Assembly (NCBI RefSeq): GCF_006345805.1
Contig: NC_043000.1
Location: forward strand, 108,066,001-108,130,000
Direction of reading: 5' to 3'
Source: Octopus sinensis
Taxonomy: Eukaryota
Length of the DNA: 64,000 nt
In this document: positions 22,976 to 37,406 of the stretch, piece by piece
Layout: each line of letters starts with the position of its first letter
How positions within the stretch are numbered: the first letter of the stretch is position 1
The notes under the pieces: generated by a model
The model's database searches: none
The model's input: the letters and a program-made list of their open reading frames with translations, nothing else
Told to the model about the DNA's origin: nothing
Program-made: the position numbers and the translations under genes

Positions 22976-25900
22976 TCCACTGAGCCGCAGCCCGGTGTTT
23001 GGCGACTCCTGCTGGAGATACCTGACATGTCGGATCAAAGATAAATCTGTATCAATGATACATCAAACGTCAGTTCGATTATTGATTTAATTAACACAAA
23101 AATTCTTAAAAGAAATCAATTAGTTATCTATAAATTGATCGACAAGTATATACTTCCTCTTTCTCATCTCTTTATGAAATGATAATTTCATAGAAACAGC
23201 ATTTTCAATTCAAGTAAACAACATACAACTTCCCATTCGATCAATTATTACTGCTCACCCTGTAAAGTTCCTGTTTCCGTTTCATGTTTATACGGCAAGT
23301 TAATACTTGAATGCATGAAACATCTAATTCTTTAATAGAAGCGGGTTGATATCCTGATATCAAGATATATTTATCGATTTGCTTCGCATGGAAAGTACCT
23401 AATGTTGATAGGATCCAAGCTACACTGCGTTAAAAATATAGTAGGATCTCATATATCTTATATAAAGAAGTGAAACCTTTAACCAAATGAGAATAGCTAA
23501 ATAATAATTTGACAAAATTTTGCCTCTGAGAACACACAAGTTCTAAGAAAAAAAATCAGTGAGGCAATTGCAATGAGATCAGTTGGTGGAAATATGTACA
23601 ATGCAGATAACATATACAATGCAGCTTGGAGTGGATCTGGTAACTGAAAATATCTGCTGAAATAGATGGAGATATGTTGGTCGTTTATAGAATAGCATAC
23701 GCGAGTAAATGAACATTTCGGCATAAAATTATATTTATTCGATCTAATGAAAGTAAATATACTTAGACACAAAATCTATTAGAAATAGCAACATCTTTCT
23801 CCAACAATTTCCTGCCATTTTGAAAAATAAGAATGTATTCTATAAAGCAGCTCTGCCATACTACATCCGAGAAAATAAATTAAGGATGGTGATCATGATT
23901 GGAATGTCGTTGATTATACGTATGATGGATTAAGGCTGAATTAGTGCTATATGCCGCTGCAATCACTGATACTCAAAGACCGACAAAAGCTTCTACTTAT
24001 CTACCATAATGGAATGAATAATCTAAGCAAATGAAATGTTTTACACACTATTCTGTAATGGTGTATTTTACTGAGAAATCTATTCTTTGTTTATATAGCT
24101 TTATCGATTTCCAATAAACACTCAGACATATGAAATATTGCTGAATAATCAATTACAAACATCAATGTATTTCCGTGGTTTTATTTCGTTCGGGTAATCC
24201 AACTTACCTTCGACTTGATTGAAAGTAAATGATCTTCTTCGATACTTCAATCATATTGTAATGAAATGACTGCCGACTAACTACGTGTTACGCATACTTT
24301 GGCAAAGAAAATCACCGAAGCCAGATTCAATGATAGTTACTTTTGTCTCTACACGATTTTGTGTTGTCTTAATCTATCTATAACATATTTAATCTGACTA
24401 TAACATTGCGATATTATTTTGGATTAAGGATTTAGCATAAAACCATCAGTATTATACATCCAACAAAGACTGACCATTCGTTACACGATCGAAATTTTTT
24501 CCGTTATTTGATGTGGTATTTACAGATAATTTCAATGTGGTTTTGTTACCTTTACCGTTAAGATCATCTGAAGTTATAGATTTCAAATCCGAATCTAATT
24601 CCTCGGCAAACACGTACAATACGATCACAACCACAAAATACCTTTTATCTTAGTCAGGCGTTGACTTCAGAGGTATTATAATCAGCTGGGGGTAGATATT
24701 TTGTAATATTAATCTATGTTAATACAATGCAGTAGGAGAAAGGACACACTGCTAGACTAAACACTTTGCAGTATGCAATTACGTACCAAGTTCGAAACTC
24801 GCTATCATTGTCTCAGTTTTTCTTTCCTTTCAAGCTCGATAAAATATGGACCCGTAAAATATTGATGAGTTTGTATCAGTTAGAACATATTATTAATCTT
24901 GAGTGTTTTGTTTTAATGATTTTATTTAGTAATAACTGATATGGGATTGTTGGGAGATGTAAAATTGCAAGATAACATTCAACCTTTAATGGTTACGTCA
25001 TTCCCAAGTTCACTTTGCAATTTCGTAACTTCTGGTTATGTCCACCACGTTGTACGTATTTCTTCGTTTCTTGTTACCAGTTCTTGAAAAAGGCTAATGG
25101 GCGCTGGCCTTATTTGTGTTATTATGTCCTTTATGCATTGTACTCTTAAATGATAAAGTAAGCTTTCAATATCCACCTTTTGTTAAACCCATGTGTTTCT
25201 GGGCAGAATATTATGAGCTATATGATCACAGATAACACAACTATTTATTGGTGAAAAGAAACAAAATAAAAATGTTACATGAATTGCAATGCTTTCTATT
25301 TCACACTTAACCTGATATTTTAGTAGATTGCGATGGAATGCAACCGGAAGGAAATATCTTTCCAATTTGCTGCTATATAAGGTTTAGAAGGAGACCTCTC
25401 TTGTTAACGTGGGCTTTAACTGTAACAAATTATCGACTTTAACGGAAGAAGCAACTAATTTCACATCGGCTGATTTTGAACGAGAACCGAGGTAGTACAA
25501 AAGAAGACAACGTTCCCTTTACACCAAATTCTATTTGCAGGTAAATTTTCTACAATTAAATCTCGTCACCTTCTGAGACACTTCTTTTAATTTGCACTTT
25601 AAATACTCCTTCTAAGCATGTATAAATCAACTTTAAACAAATACAATGCGCAGAATCAGAACATTGGTAATTGCCATTTGTTGAGGTTTAAATTACGATT
25701 GTCACAATCCTCTGCTATCGGCAAATGTCCATTAGAATAAAGAAAGTAGAAAATCCTTTGTATTCTGAAAAAATAACCTTAATTTTCCATCAAGTGATAC
25801 TTAGCCTAATTATAGATGTGAAATTGTTTCGGAGCTTTCTCTTTTATCTCATCCATCCTCTTATCATCATCTAATTCCTTTGCTTTCCCGTCACCAACAT

Positions 25901-26234
25901 CGTATTTTCCTTCGTATCATCGAATCTGTCGATATCGATATTGCTTCATCCTCACAGTAAATAATATTTGTGTTGTAATATATTTTTTTTCTACTTACAC
26001 TCACCCCACCCTCATCCACAAATCAAAATACCTACAAACCAAAAGATGCTTGCGCACATATACACGTACACATATATACACGCGTACACGGATACACACA
26101 AATACACAGATTCTCAGCGAGGGAAAAGAATGGACAAAAAGAATAGAGACAGAGAAAGTAAATAGAAAACGAAAAAACAAAGGAACAAACGAGAAACAGG
26201 TGCAACAAGGATTAGGAAGATAAATAAGACGTTG

Positions 26235-26304
<70 letters not shown>

Positions 26305-27359
26305 CATATATATATATACACACATATATGCATATATATATAGATATATATTCATATATATATGCGCATGCACATAGACATACTGTGTGTGTCTGTGGTT
26401 TTGTGTGTGTGTGTGTGTGTGTGTGTGTTAGTTTGTATGTGTGCGCGTGCGCGCGTGTATAGAAGAAAATTGAAGACGTTAGGCGGATTTCTAATCTGAT
26501 ACTATTCGAGGCGAGAAGAGTACTTAACTCTAGAAACTTCATAAAGTCGAGATACATTGGCTGCAAATAATGACATTAAGAATTTATCGGCTCACAGATA
26601 AATAGGGTATCTTGGAGATTAATGGTACCATCCCCACCATTAATCTCTTGGAAGAAGCAAAAGAAGAACTGAAAGAAACCTAAATTATAGAAAAAAATCA
26701 ACACGTTCTCACAAACAGTTTGTATTTGAATTGGTAAATCCTCATATCTTGGACAATTTCTTTCTTTTTCTCGTCTGTATTCCTATTCCCCTTATTTCAA
26801 AACCATCTTCAAGAGTGATTTTCATCTACCAGGAATGTATAAAACACGTTCCGAACAATAAGATGAAGACTGCATTCACTACGCTTCTGTAAAAAAACAA
26901 GCTCAAAGTGATATTTTCGTTCCAACGCATAATTCAAAAGACATGAATATCTCTAAGATTCTCCATGCTTTCTAAACGTTCGTGACTATTCAAGAAAACC
27001 AAAAGAATATTTTGATGCTTATTTGACTGAATCGTTACCTAAAACTGTATCATTATTGATATTTGCAAGAACAAGTTTCAGTAAGTACCACACTTTGCTT
27101 GCTTTAACACCGTTCGACTACTCATTTCTTTAAATAATTCCTTCACAGACGTTCTATTGTGTTATAGACACTGCTAAAGTTTCTTCACTATCAACTGTTT
27201 TATCTACTGTATAATCAACAGATGTAAGAGATAATTATATTGTTGTCGACTCTCTTTCTATGACCTCTTTAATTATCTTCTGTTCGTTGATCCTTTAGTT
27301 CTGTATATTCCATATTAATTTTTTCCGTTCTAATTTCTTTGCTAACATTTTATTATAAA

Positions 27360-28445
27360 CTAGCAGTATCACCCGGTGTTGCTTGGGTTTGTTTCGACCC
27401 TTTAGAATTGAAATTTTTGAAAAGTAAAAGTTTTGCATTATGCAACTTGTTATTCTCTTCGAGTGAACATTTTTCCAGTTGAGATACACCAAAAAACGGT
27501 GATACAGCAGTCAAAAATCGTAAAAAATAGGGATTTTCATAGAAAAAAAGCACCTTTTTGATGTAAATAATTTTTGGTGTTAACATGGTCCGATTTGAAT
27601 TTTATCTTCTACAGAATGAAGGGCAAGCCCTCTTCTATCATACTCTCAATTTTGGTCAACTTGCGCTGCAGGTTCTCGAAGGACATAGTGTTAGTTGAAG
27701 GCTGCCAAACCTGCCACACACAGACAACTTCAGCTTTATATATATATAGATTTTCTACACACTACTTTCCATCCTTAATAATGAAACTTGGTAGATCCAA
27801 AAGTTAAACACACAGACACACAAGTTGAATTTTATATATATAGATTTCTCAACGGGGATTTCAGAGGAGAGTTTCAGGGAGTCGCTGGCGATGTATCGTG
27901 ATGATCAAAAATCCGTCCTGCTAAAATTTGGTTAAAGTGATTCAAACTGCAGACTCAACGCAAAATGGTCACATTTAATTCAAAGCGTTAAAAATGTTAT
28001 GAAAACAATTGGTATGTGTTCACAAAGTCCAAACGATTACTACGAAAAAACCCTCCAGGCTACATCCCGAAAATTAATTTCTTTGCCGAATTTCTACAAT
28101 GTTTACGGCGATTCGTTTTTATATCTTGATTTTTTATTTTTCGTGCAATTTACGCATGCTTGCACGCGTGATGAACACAGTTCACGTCAAACAGCTGACT
28201 GAGTAAACTTCACTATTCAATGCATGGGATAAGACCTAAACAAACACATTATCGATTTTTGAACTTGCGAGATGAATTTCGGAACAGAAATAGCGCAGTT
28301 CAATTTTCATTCGCCTAAATTTTAAGTGACCCATTTTTGGTGGTTCTACGATTTGTTGGCTAGGAGGAGATGTGCTAGGACGTTAAACATACAGACACAC
28401 ACAGATACACACACAGACACACAAGTTGAGTTTTATATATGTAGA
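27360..28445 (-). mobile_element. non-autonomous Helitron(s), one 3' CTAG end with three stacked 5' TC ends
   Basis: Minus-strand 3' end ..CCGGGTGATACTGCTAG|T at 27360. A|TCTA(T/C)ATATA-type 5' ends at 27750, 27844 and 28445, each followed by a (GT)-rich motif. Termini are homologous to 52394-52774. Confidence 0.7.
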
Positions 28446-28568
28446 TTACATTACTTTACCTGCTTCACAAATTTCTTGCCAGGCTGTCTGGCCCTCTGTC
28501 TACCTACACGTCAGCATGTATTTATATTCTCTTTCATTATTGATAAATATTTACCAGTTTTATTTTCT

Positions 28569-28569
<1 letters not shown>

Positions 28570-28650
<81 letters not shown>

Positions 28651-28800
28651 CATCCATCCATCCATCCATCCATCCATCCATCCATCTATCTATCTATCCA
28701 TCTGTCTATCCATCTGTCTGTCTGTCTGGCTATCTACGTTTGTGTGTACATATATACGTAGATATATGTATGTATGCATCTATCTATCCATCCATATGCT

Positions 28801-28846
<46 letters not shown>

Positions 28847-28850
28847 TCAT
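28570..28850. repeat. (TCTA)n/(TCCA)n/(TA)n compound microsatellite
   Basis: Directly visible. Confidence 0.95.
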
Positions 28851-29819
28851 GTATATATATACAAATATTCATATATGCAAACATACATTTGCATACATAT
28901 ATCACTATATATACAAACATTTATACATGCCTACACACAGACATGCGCACGCGCACACATACACACACATACACCTTTATGAGAAGTATGACACAACTCT
29001 TCTGGTAAGGGTATAATGAGCTTGTAGGCTCCAAAAATCATTGAGTATTTCTTTAGTCACTTGTTGAATTCTTTTTTAGAACTCAGTGTAAAATACACAT
29101 TAATATATATGCGTGTGTGTATCTATGTCCGTAATGTGTGCATTTAAAAAATTCTTTTACTTGTTTCTTTGATGGGAGTGTGACCATGCTAGTGTACCAT
29201 ACTGAGGCCTATTTTAGCATAGGAATGATTCTCTCGGTTGCTTTATTAGGAATTGTTAGTGGATAAAGAAACCGATCACAGATCCGTGACACAAAACCCC
29301 AAAAGCGTGCACGCATAGGACACTCATACACAGACTCGCGCTCCCACTGTGCTTACGAAATTCTCTCATATTGCATTGGTGGTTCAGATTCAAAATAAAG
29401 AGATTTCCCTTAGTGGGCAATGGATATGAACTAGATACCACTTAGTTTCGAAGCAAAATTGATAACCACACTGCCATGTATTTACCCAAATGTATTGAGA
29501 TGTTAAACTGACGATGAACCGACATCAATGTTTGCTACTATTCAACATCATTTGCTTTCTATATTTTCTTCTCAATATCCAATCCTAACTTCTGAATAAA
29601 CACTTCTTTCTGAAGATATTAGTGATATCATGCATTCACAGTTGATATTTTGTAAAACAATACAACTGATATATTTTCATAAATATATATATATATAAGT
29701 ATTTTCTTTATACAGCTCAATCTTGTTTTCTGTCTTACCTCTTCTTTCATTGCTCCATATTTTCAATCAACATTGAATTTAGTTTTTGTGTGGTTATTTT
29801 CTAGAATATTGCGAAGATT

Positions 29820-30090
29820 CGTGGTTAGTGGTAAGGGTGTTCGTTTCCATAAAGTCGTTCGGTTCAATTCCTAGACTGGATTGCGCGTTGTGTCCTTGTG
29901 CAAGGAGATTTATAACACGTTTCTCCAGTTTATTCAACTGAAAATAAATATCTACCGTGCGTTGGTGCCTCTCTCTCTTTCTCTTTCTTTATCTCTCTAG
30001 TCGTTATATCCTGGATGTGCCGCTGGATCAAAGGATGGGATAATTGAGAGGGCGTTTATGTTTGCTTGCGACTACATGCATCTAAAACCA
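29820..30090 (+). mobile_element. decayed SINE family C
   Basis: GGTTAGTGGTAAGGGTGTTCG head, GGTTCAATTCC B-box, GCGTTGTGTCCTTGTGCAAGG. Confidence 0.6.
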
Positions 30091-31628
30091 TTAAAAAAAG
30101 TACGGCACATATAACTAAGCCGTACTCGTTCGCTGTTCACGGTGGTCACTTAAAAATTCCAGGAAATTAGATAAATTCTGTACATATTATTTTAAAATTT
30201 ATCAAGATCTTTTCTCCTTGTAGCAATTTTTCTGTTTCTGTTTCTTGAATTTTATAATACGTTCTTACAATATCGCTTGACAATTTGTATTTTGTTTTCT
30301 GACGACTGCCAGCTTAAAGTGCAAAGTGATCGGATTGGTAAGCCAGTGAATTCTTGAAGCAAGAGGAAAACAAAATCCATTGCATAATGCTGTGTTTTAT
30401 TGTGAAAATTTCTCAAATAAAAGAAAATAAAAAAGTGAATTCGCAATTCAGCTGTCATCAAGTAGGTGACATATAAAAAAAGCAATAAAGAAAACAATCA
30501 TCAAATTGTTTGAACTAGATAATTAAAAATAAAATCAATGATAGTCTAACAACTCAATTAATTGATCGCTATTGATCTGCCGAAGCAATTAATGGAAGGA
30601 TTTGCATCAAGACTTTTGAACTATTAATATAAGATTGACTTACGAATACGCAAATAATTTGTAACACAAACAGATTGAGCAATCGAGGGATTCTCTTGGT
30701 GTTTGTTTAACCCGATAGAAATAGCATTTAAGTAAGCCTCAAATAATAATCCCTTGAGGAGTTTTAAAATGTCATTGGATAACATAATACTAAATATATT
30801 TTGCAACAAAATTAAATGCAACAAAACTATACAAGAGAAACGAGCCGAAATGTTTACAGATAAAATACATTTGATCGTTTGTGTTCTCTATAAAATTTTT
30901 CTGGGGGTTAAACAACAAATGTATAACAACATCAAACAATTCAAAATAGTGTTCTTTGACGATCCATTTAATAGCTTATCGTTTAGTGGTCGTGTGACTA
31001 AACGAGTCGATTTGATGTGTATGAAGGTTTAAGGAGCGAGGAATGTGAACAGTAAAACTGATTGGAGTACAAATAGCGACTTGACAGTTCCGAGGGGCTG
31101 AGGTTAATGTACTGTTAGTTGAAGAGCCAGAGTAGATACAGAAAGTGTTCAGGCCAAATGTTTCGCTGTTCTGCTAAAGCGGCAGCGTGTTATTCAGTTG
31201 AGTGATGAAATTATTTGGAATGAGTACGTAGGGCTACTGTGGGTCTGACATGTAATCCTCGCATACTTAGAAATTTGTAAGAGCCTTCCAATTACAATGT
31301 ATGATAAAATACACTAAGATGCCGTTTTGAGTTCCGTAATTTGTCATTACTTGGTGAATCAACATAAACACACACAGACATACACATACACTCGAACATT
31401 ATATATATTTTTTTTTCAGGATTAAATACGAAGACAACAAACGGAAAAAAATTACATACCTGTATATAATTAAAAATAAAACGTATAGTACATAAACAAG
31501 CGAACTTATACTAAATAAACAGGCGTGCAGAAAACACAGGTCATCAATTCTTCATCAGTTATTGGCCAGAGGATCAAACGCAATTTCTGCCCCTTATCGA
31601 TAATATTGCCTCCAGTCTGGAGCCACCG

Positions 31629-31663
<35 letters not shown>

Positions 31664-31928
31664 TGTGTATGTGCTTGTGAAATAGAGAGCAAAATCCGAA
31701 GAGAAGTGTTAAGGTTATGTCATAAAATAGAATCCATTTACATGAAAATATCTTATTGACTTTATAAATCCCAATACATGTGAATAAACGATGTTTCCTC
31801 TGTCGAAGTGCTTAATTTTACTCAATGGTCAATTTTCTTCAAAATCAGTTCATTGTTTTATTGTGAGTGAATTTTGACGATTTCTGCCTTTCACCAGTTT
31901 AGATTTAATCCTTCTATATGACTGCGAC

Positions 31929-32520
31929 CATAAAATTTACCTAAATATCAAATTTCGTCAAATCGGATAAATTGTGTAAAGGTTACAGCATAAAATATTA
32001 ATTCTGTGGGTAATTGCATACAAAAAGCCTATTGGTTTCTTACAATCCCCGGCTCGTGCGCAATTATCGATATTTTGTCAACTCTTCATGCTGGTATCAA
32101 CTAATGGACATGAACTGTAATCACGTGTCACTTTCTACAAAATCGCTAAGAATGGCTCTAAGGAAATGCTTATTTGCATTTGCGCGCTTTATCAAGCCAT
32201 TTTGAATTAAATAAACACCTTTACCGTCTCCCCCACCACAAAATTTACCTACATCTCAAATTTCATTAAAATGAGATAAAAAATATAAAAGTTACGGCCA
32301 AAAATAAATTCCCCATGGATATTTGCACGCAAAAAGCCTATTGATTTATAAAATCACTGCTCAGGTGCAATTATCGAGTCTTTGTCAACGCCATATACTG
32401 ACACCAACTCACTGTCGTGAACCTCGCTCACACATCGATTTTCATCAAAATCGGTCAAAGAAATGCAAAAGCTTCAGGAAACACAACATCTTTATAGAAA
32501 TTTCCATTCAAATGTCCGAC
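31929..32520. repeat. degenerate ~307-bp tandem duplication
   Basis: CCA(T/C)AAAATTTACCTA..CAAAAAGCCTATTG..GCAATTATCGA..TTTGTCAAC occurs at 31929 and 32236, with a recurring TTTCATCAAAATCGG-like motif. Confidence 0.75.
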
Positions 32521-32696
32521 TGAGCTCACATAAATCGATGCCAACTAAGCATTATCAAGTTTTCGATAAATACGGCCTTATTTGAACTTCAGGATATGTG
32601 CTTTACCTATGCGCTAAAAATCATTAAAATCGGTTGGAATGTGGGATGAATTAGAGTAACCCCAAACACAAACACAGACAGACACCAATACACATT

Positions 32697-32728
<32 letters not shown>

Positions 32729-32747
32729 TGATTTCTTATATATATAT

Positions 32748-32811
<64 letters not shown>

Positions 32812-32812
<1 letters not shown>

Positions 32813-32956
32813 GACGGGCTTCTCTCAGCCCGCCTACCAAATCCAGTCATAAGGGTTTGGTTGGCCGAGGCTATAGTAGAAGACATTTCCCCAAGGGACT
32901 GAACCCGGAACCATATTTTTGGTAGGCAAGCTACTCACCACACACCCACTCCTGCG

Positions 32957-32958
<2 letters not shown>
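32812..32958 (-). mobile_element. SINE family A 5' part
   Basis: Reverse complement of GGCGCAGGAGTGGGTGTGTGGTGAGTAGCTTGCC..GGTTCCGGGTTCAGTCCC. Confidence 0.8.
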
Positions 32959-33001
<43 letters not shown>

Positions 33002-33025
33002 TATTTATTTATATATATATATATA

Positions 33026-33057
<32 letters not shown>

Positions 33058-33182
33058 CTTGATTGTTTATAATCTGAAAATTCTGAGTCTGCCTCCTTTT
33101 TTTACAAGTATATATAGATGTATATTAAAATCCAAGGTTTTATCGATTTATTTTAATCATTGTCTCTCTCTCTGTCTTCCTC

Positions 33183-33260
<78 letters not shown>

Positions 33261-35479
33261 ATTTCACATACACGCACGCACATATATACTCAGGCGTTGC
33301 TCAATAGGATATGCATTGATTTGAGACTAATGCTGAGCGCTTGTATTGCGACTCGATTTTCATATTTCTTCGATCTTTAGCTGTGTATGTGTGCGTATGT
33401 GTGTGTGAAACTAATATTTTATTTCTAGACAAATCTATTACCAGAAACTTCGTTCACTAGAGAACACAAAATAGCCAACTAAGTGTCTTGGAAAATATGA
33501 TCGTTAACGAACGCTATCTTTGAACGATGTTTGTTGAAATTTCGTCTGAAGAAATTTCTAAGACACGATGGCTGCATCATCGGTGTCCTTTCGGTGCATA
33601 CATTGTCCCTCTGTTTCAGTAACTGCTAAATTTCTATTTTAAGTAACGAGAGTCATAGGACAATACATCAGTTCTTGTTGAGATAAGGTTGTGATACATT
33701 TCAGACTCTCAAGTTACATAATTTGACAGTATTTGCCTTAGCTCTAATACTACGGATTTACGAATAGTAACACTACCTTATTTAATTCACAAATTCCCTA
33801 TAACATGCAATATTTGTATCTCACTTTAAAGGAATAATATATCTCGAGTATAAAGTGGAGTTTGTACGTTAATTATGATAACTAATTTTCTTGTTAACGT
33901 ATCCTTTTAGTTTGAAAATCATCCAATCCGGTTTGAGTTTTCAATTTCCTCCTTGTGTGTCGGATAGATTAAGTACTACTAGTAAATCTTATTCAAGGAA
34001 ATTGTCTTTATATCTCCTTCATTATGAGCTAGCGCTTTTATATTTTAAACAGATCAATAAGGTTAATGAGAAGTTGTTTTTTTCCTTCTTCAAAGAAATC
34101 GCTAACTAATTGAATTCTCTATTAGAAAGTAGTATATCTAGATTGTTTATGAAGTCTAGACCTCTTCTACGTAATCGAATATACTCAACCATAGCATTAT
34201 TATACGTATTACGATATTAATCCCATGAAGAACTGTTTTATATCGAGAGGAAATTGATGATTATTAAAAGACAAACAAATTACCAATCGATCTAGTTATT
34301 TCCTTATTAATTCAAATTTACTAAGGAAAGGTCTAGACTAAATAATTGGTCTGTTACTCTGCTTAAGAAGCACGTTAATAGATAAATCTCTCCCTAGATA
34401 TTGCTACAAATAAACGAATAATAAACAAATACGTGGGCAGGCCGATCAATAGGAAGATAAATTGAAGAGGAAGATAATTTGTAATAAATTTATAATAAAC
34501 GTTATGATTGTTCGTTTTTGTGTTTGATTTGCAATAATCTTGCAAATCCCATGATACGATATCCCAAGATATAACAGATATTGCTGTATCTGCGCCGTAT
34601 CATTATGCCAACAAACATAGACGCACCAAGTCTATATTTTACTTCGTTTATCTTTATTAGTCAGTTAGTTAACCATTTAGCCAATTTGCTAATCGATTGA
34701 TTGATTAATCATTCGGTGTAGAAAGAGCATTCCATTGATGAAGTCACGAATGCTGACGACCTTAACTGAATATCTTCATCGATTTACGGCATGATTACAC
34801 ATACAACCGATTAGCTAATTGAGTAAATAACTAACTAGTTAACAAATAAAGAAAAGACGCGCAATACCACCAGTCTTTCTTATTTTGTATTGGCATTATG
34901 GTCCTTCCAAGATACAGCAAAATCAGGAATTTTCAAGCTGGTAATTTTAAATAAATGATTTTTGTACAGTTTCTAACTAAAGCCCACTGATAGTTCATTA
35001 GTAGATATAAGCAAGATGAAGTTTGCGTTGCTAAAGTTTTCTATGCAATCCTTCTTGTTATTCAGTTTCCTTCTTGTTTAAACATTTCCTAAATAGGATT
35101 AATCCATTCATGTTTTTATTATGAAGAAGGTGGTCGATAAGTCGATAAGTTATCTGTCTAACAATGATACTTGAAGGCACATTCCAAAAGGCTGCGTTAG
35201 ACTTTGAAGTAGCTAGAATAGAATATCGAAGGAAAGACCAGTCTAGCTGTGTTACATGTATTCGGGTTTATGGTGATGATCATGACGATGATGATGATCA
35301 TCGTCGTCACCATTGTCGTATTGATTGTTGCTGTACTTCATTTTCCTCTCCTCCTCCCCCTCCTCCTTGTCATCGTCGTCTTCGTCACCATCTTCTTCTT
35401 CATCATCATCATCATCATCATCCTTATTCTCATCCTCAAATTAAAAAAACTTCAACGAACTGCTTTTGAAGAAAAAAGA

Positions 35480-37117
35480 CCCCGCACAAGGAAGTTGTTG
35501 AGAAGACAGAGAAAGGGACAGTGATCTATAGAACGCTATCTACAGCTGCCAAAATGATTGAAATAGCGACAACGGAGACAGTGGAGGATTGTTTAAAAGA
35601 AATTAAAGCCTCACAACGTTTTATACCAGAGGCAAGAAATATGGCACAGTGGAGGTTCGCTTCGCGAACAAACAAGAAGCAATAGAACACTCTACTGTGC
35701 CGATGAGGTCGTCCGAATGGATACTACTGCCAACCTATTGTGGCAAGCATGCGGCCAGGGTTAGGATTGTCAGAGTGCTCCCGGAGGTTGAAGAGGCATA
35801 GCTGGTGGCAGCAATCCTCTACAATACAGAAGAGGAGACGAAAATTCTCAAAATAACCAGAACAACAGAGGTAAACTAATGGGGATATGGCCTTGAAGTG
35901 ATGGTCCAAATCACTTCACCAGACCTTCATAAAATTGCAGAGGAGGTAGGGTTGCCAGATGAGATGAAATTAAGAGTGATAGTGGACGGAAGACTTCCCA
36001 TATGCTTTCATTGTGGAATACAGGGACACATGAAAGCTAAGGGTCCCCAGAAACACGAAGAGGAGGTGACGAAGAAGGAACGGAAAGGAGAGGAAGAGGT
36101 TCAATGCGTAGAGGAGCAGAAGCCTGTCAAAAATATGGAAGAAAGGTACACAGTGATGATGAGAAAGAAGAGAGAAGGAAACACAGACTCACCACCAAAG
36201 AGTCACATGAAGAAAAGAAAGGGAAGTGTAGAGGAGAAACACGTTTTACCAAAGAAGGGAAACGATCAGAAAATAAATGAGATACCGACAAAATCAAATG
36301 AGAAAGACACAGAGAGAAAACAGAGAACGATACCAGTTACTAGCAAGGAAGAGAAAGTAAAAGGGCAGAAAAAAAGGGATGATAGAGAAGAAATGTCAGC
36401 AGCATAGGGTGAGAGACATGCAGAGAGGAAAGAATTGGAGATACCAGCAAAGTGTCCTCAGAAACACGAAGAGGATGTGATGGAACAGGAACAGCAGAAC
36501 GAAGAGAAGGAACAAAACGTCGAAGAGCCAAACCCAGGATATGGAAAGAATAGATAAAATGTGGAGGAGCAGTTCATGGTGGTGAAGAGAAGAAGAAAAG
36601 AGAAGGAAATGCGGACTCACCACCAAAAAGTCCGCTAAAAAAGAGAAAAGAAAATGCAGAGGAGGCTCAGCGTGGAAGACCAGCAACACCAAGGGAAACC
36701 AGTGCGGAGGAGAAAGTGGAGTTGCAAAAGCGAAAGAAAGAAAGGCGGGAGATGCCAGCGGCATCGATTGAAAAAGCTACAGAGAAGAAAGCGGTGCCAA
36801 TACCGGTAATATCGGAGGAGACCAATAATGGAAGGCAGGAAGGATTACAGAAGGGGAAACATATATGGAATATGATAGAATATGCAAAAAATGTTGAAAT
36901 TGTGGGAAAGATTACCAAAATAAAATATGTAATTAGGGTGAAATTACCACCGAAAGAGTTTAATGAAAACTCCAAAGCCATCTTGATTGATAGAGCGAGA
37001 GGCAAGAAATTAAAAGAACTGTTTGGAGATAAAATAGAGATAACGTCAATACAGGTTCAATTTGATGAATTGTCACCAGTGGTGGAATTCAAAGAATTGA
37101 AGCACTATCTAACGTGA
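35480..37117 (+). pseudogene. decayed gag-like/LINE ORF1 (zinc-knuckle) paralogue of 55856-57095
   Basis: Across one frameshift and two stops: TVIYRT..RFI-RGKKYGTVEVRFANKQEA..LLPTY..VIVDGRLPICFHCGIQGHMKAKG, versus TVVLRT..KFISRGVKYATVWLLFDTPEEA..FLPTY..VMLEGRPPKCHRCLESGHIKKNC. Followed by an internally repeated K/E-rich linker and a C-terminal domain (36716-37117). Confidence 0.8.
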
Positions 37118-37363
37118 TAAACAGAAAGTAGGTAAAGTTTTTTAAAAAAGAACTGATTTTTAAACGTTATGCAATAACAGTTAAATGACTCTGCCTGCGA
37201 GTGGGAACAGGTAAGATATTTCATCTTTCATTTTCGTCATTATAATTCATAAATTTCATTCTTTCGTTATATGTTTTATGTACCCCACTGTGCTGTGTTT
37301 GGTGTCCTCTCTTTATCGAGCTTGAGTGCTCAATAAAAGAAATGAGCTAGCAAGCCATGATAC

Positions 37364-37406
37364 CCCTGACTGATGATGAGCAATGACTCTGAAACTAGTC
37401 TCTGAG
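37364..37406 (+). ncRNA. compact type I hammerhead ribozyme (stem I partly mismatched)
   Basis: CCCUGA-CUGAUGA-UGAG(CAAUGA)CUCU-GAA-ACUAGU-C|UCUGAG. Core intact, palindromic stem III, GUC triplet. Stem I pairs 4/6 and there is a U.U at the stem II base. Confidence 0.7.
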
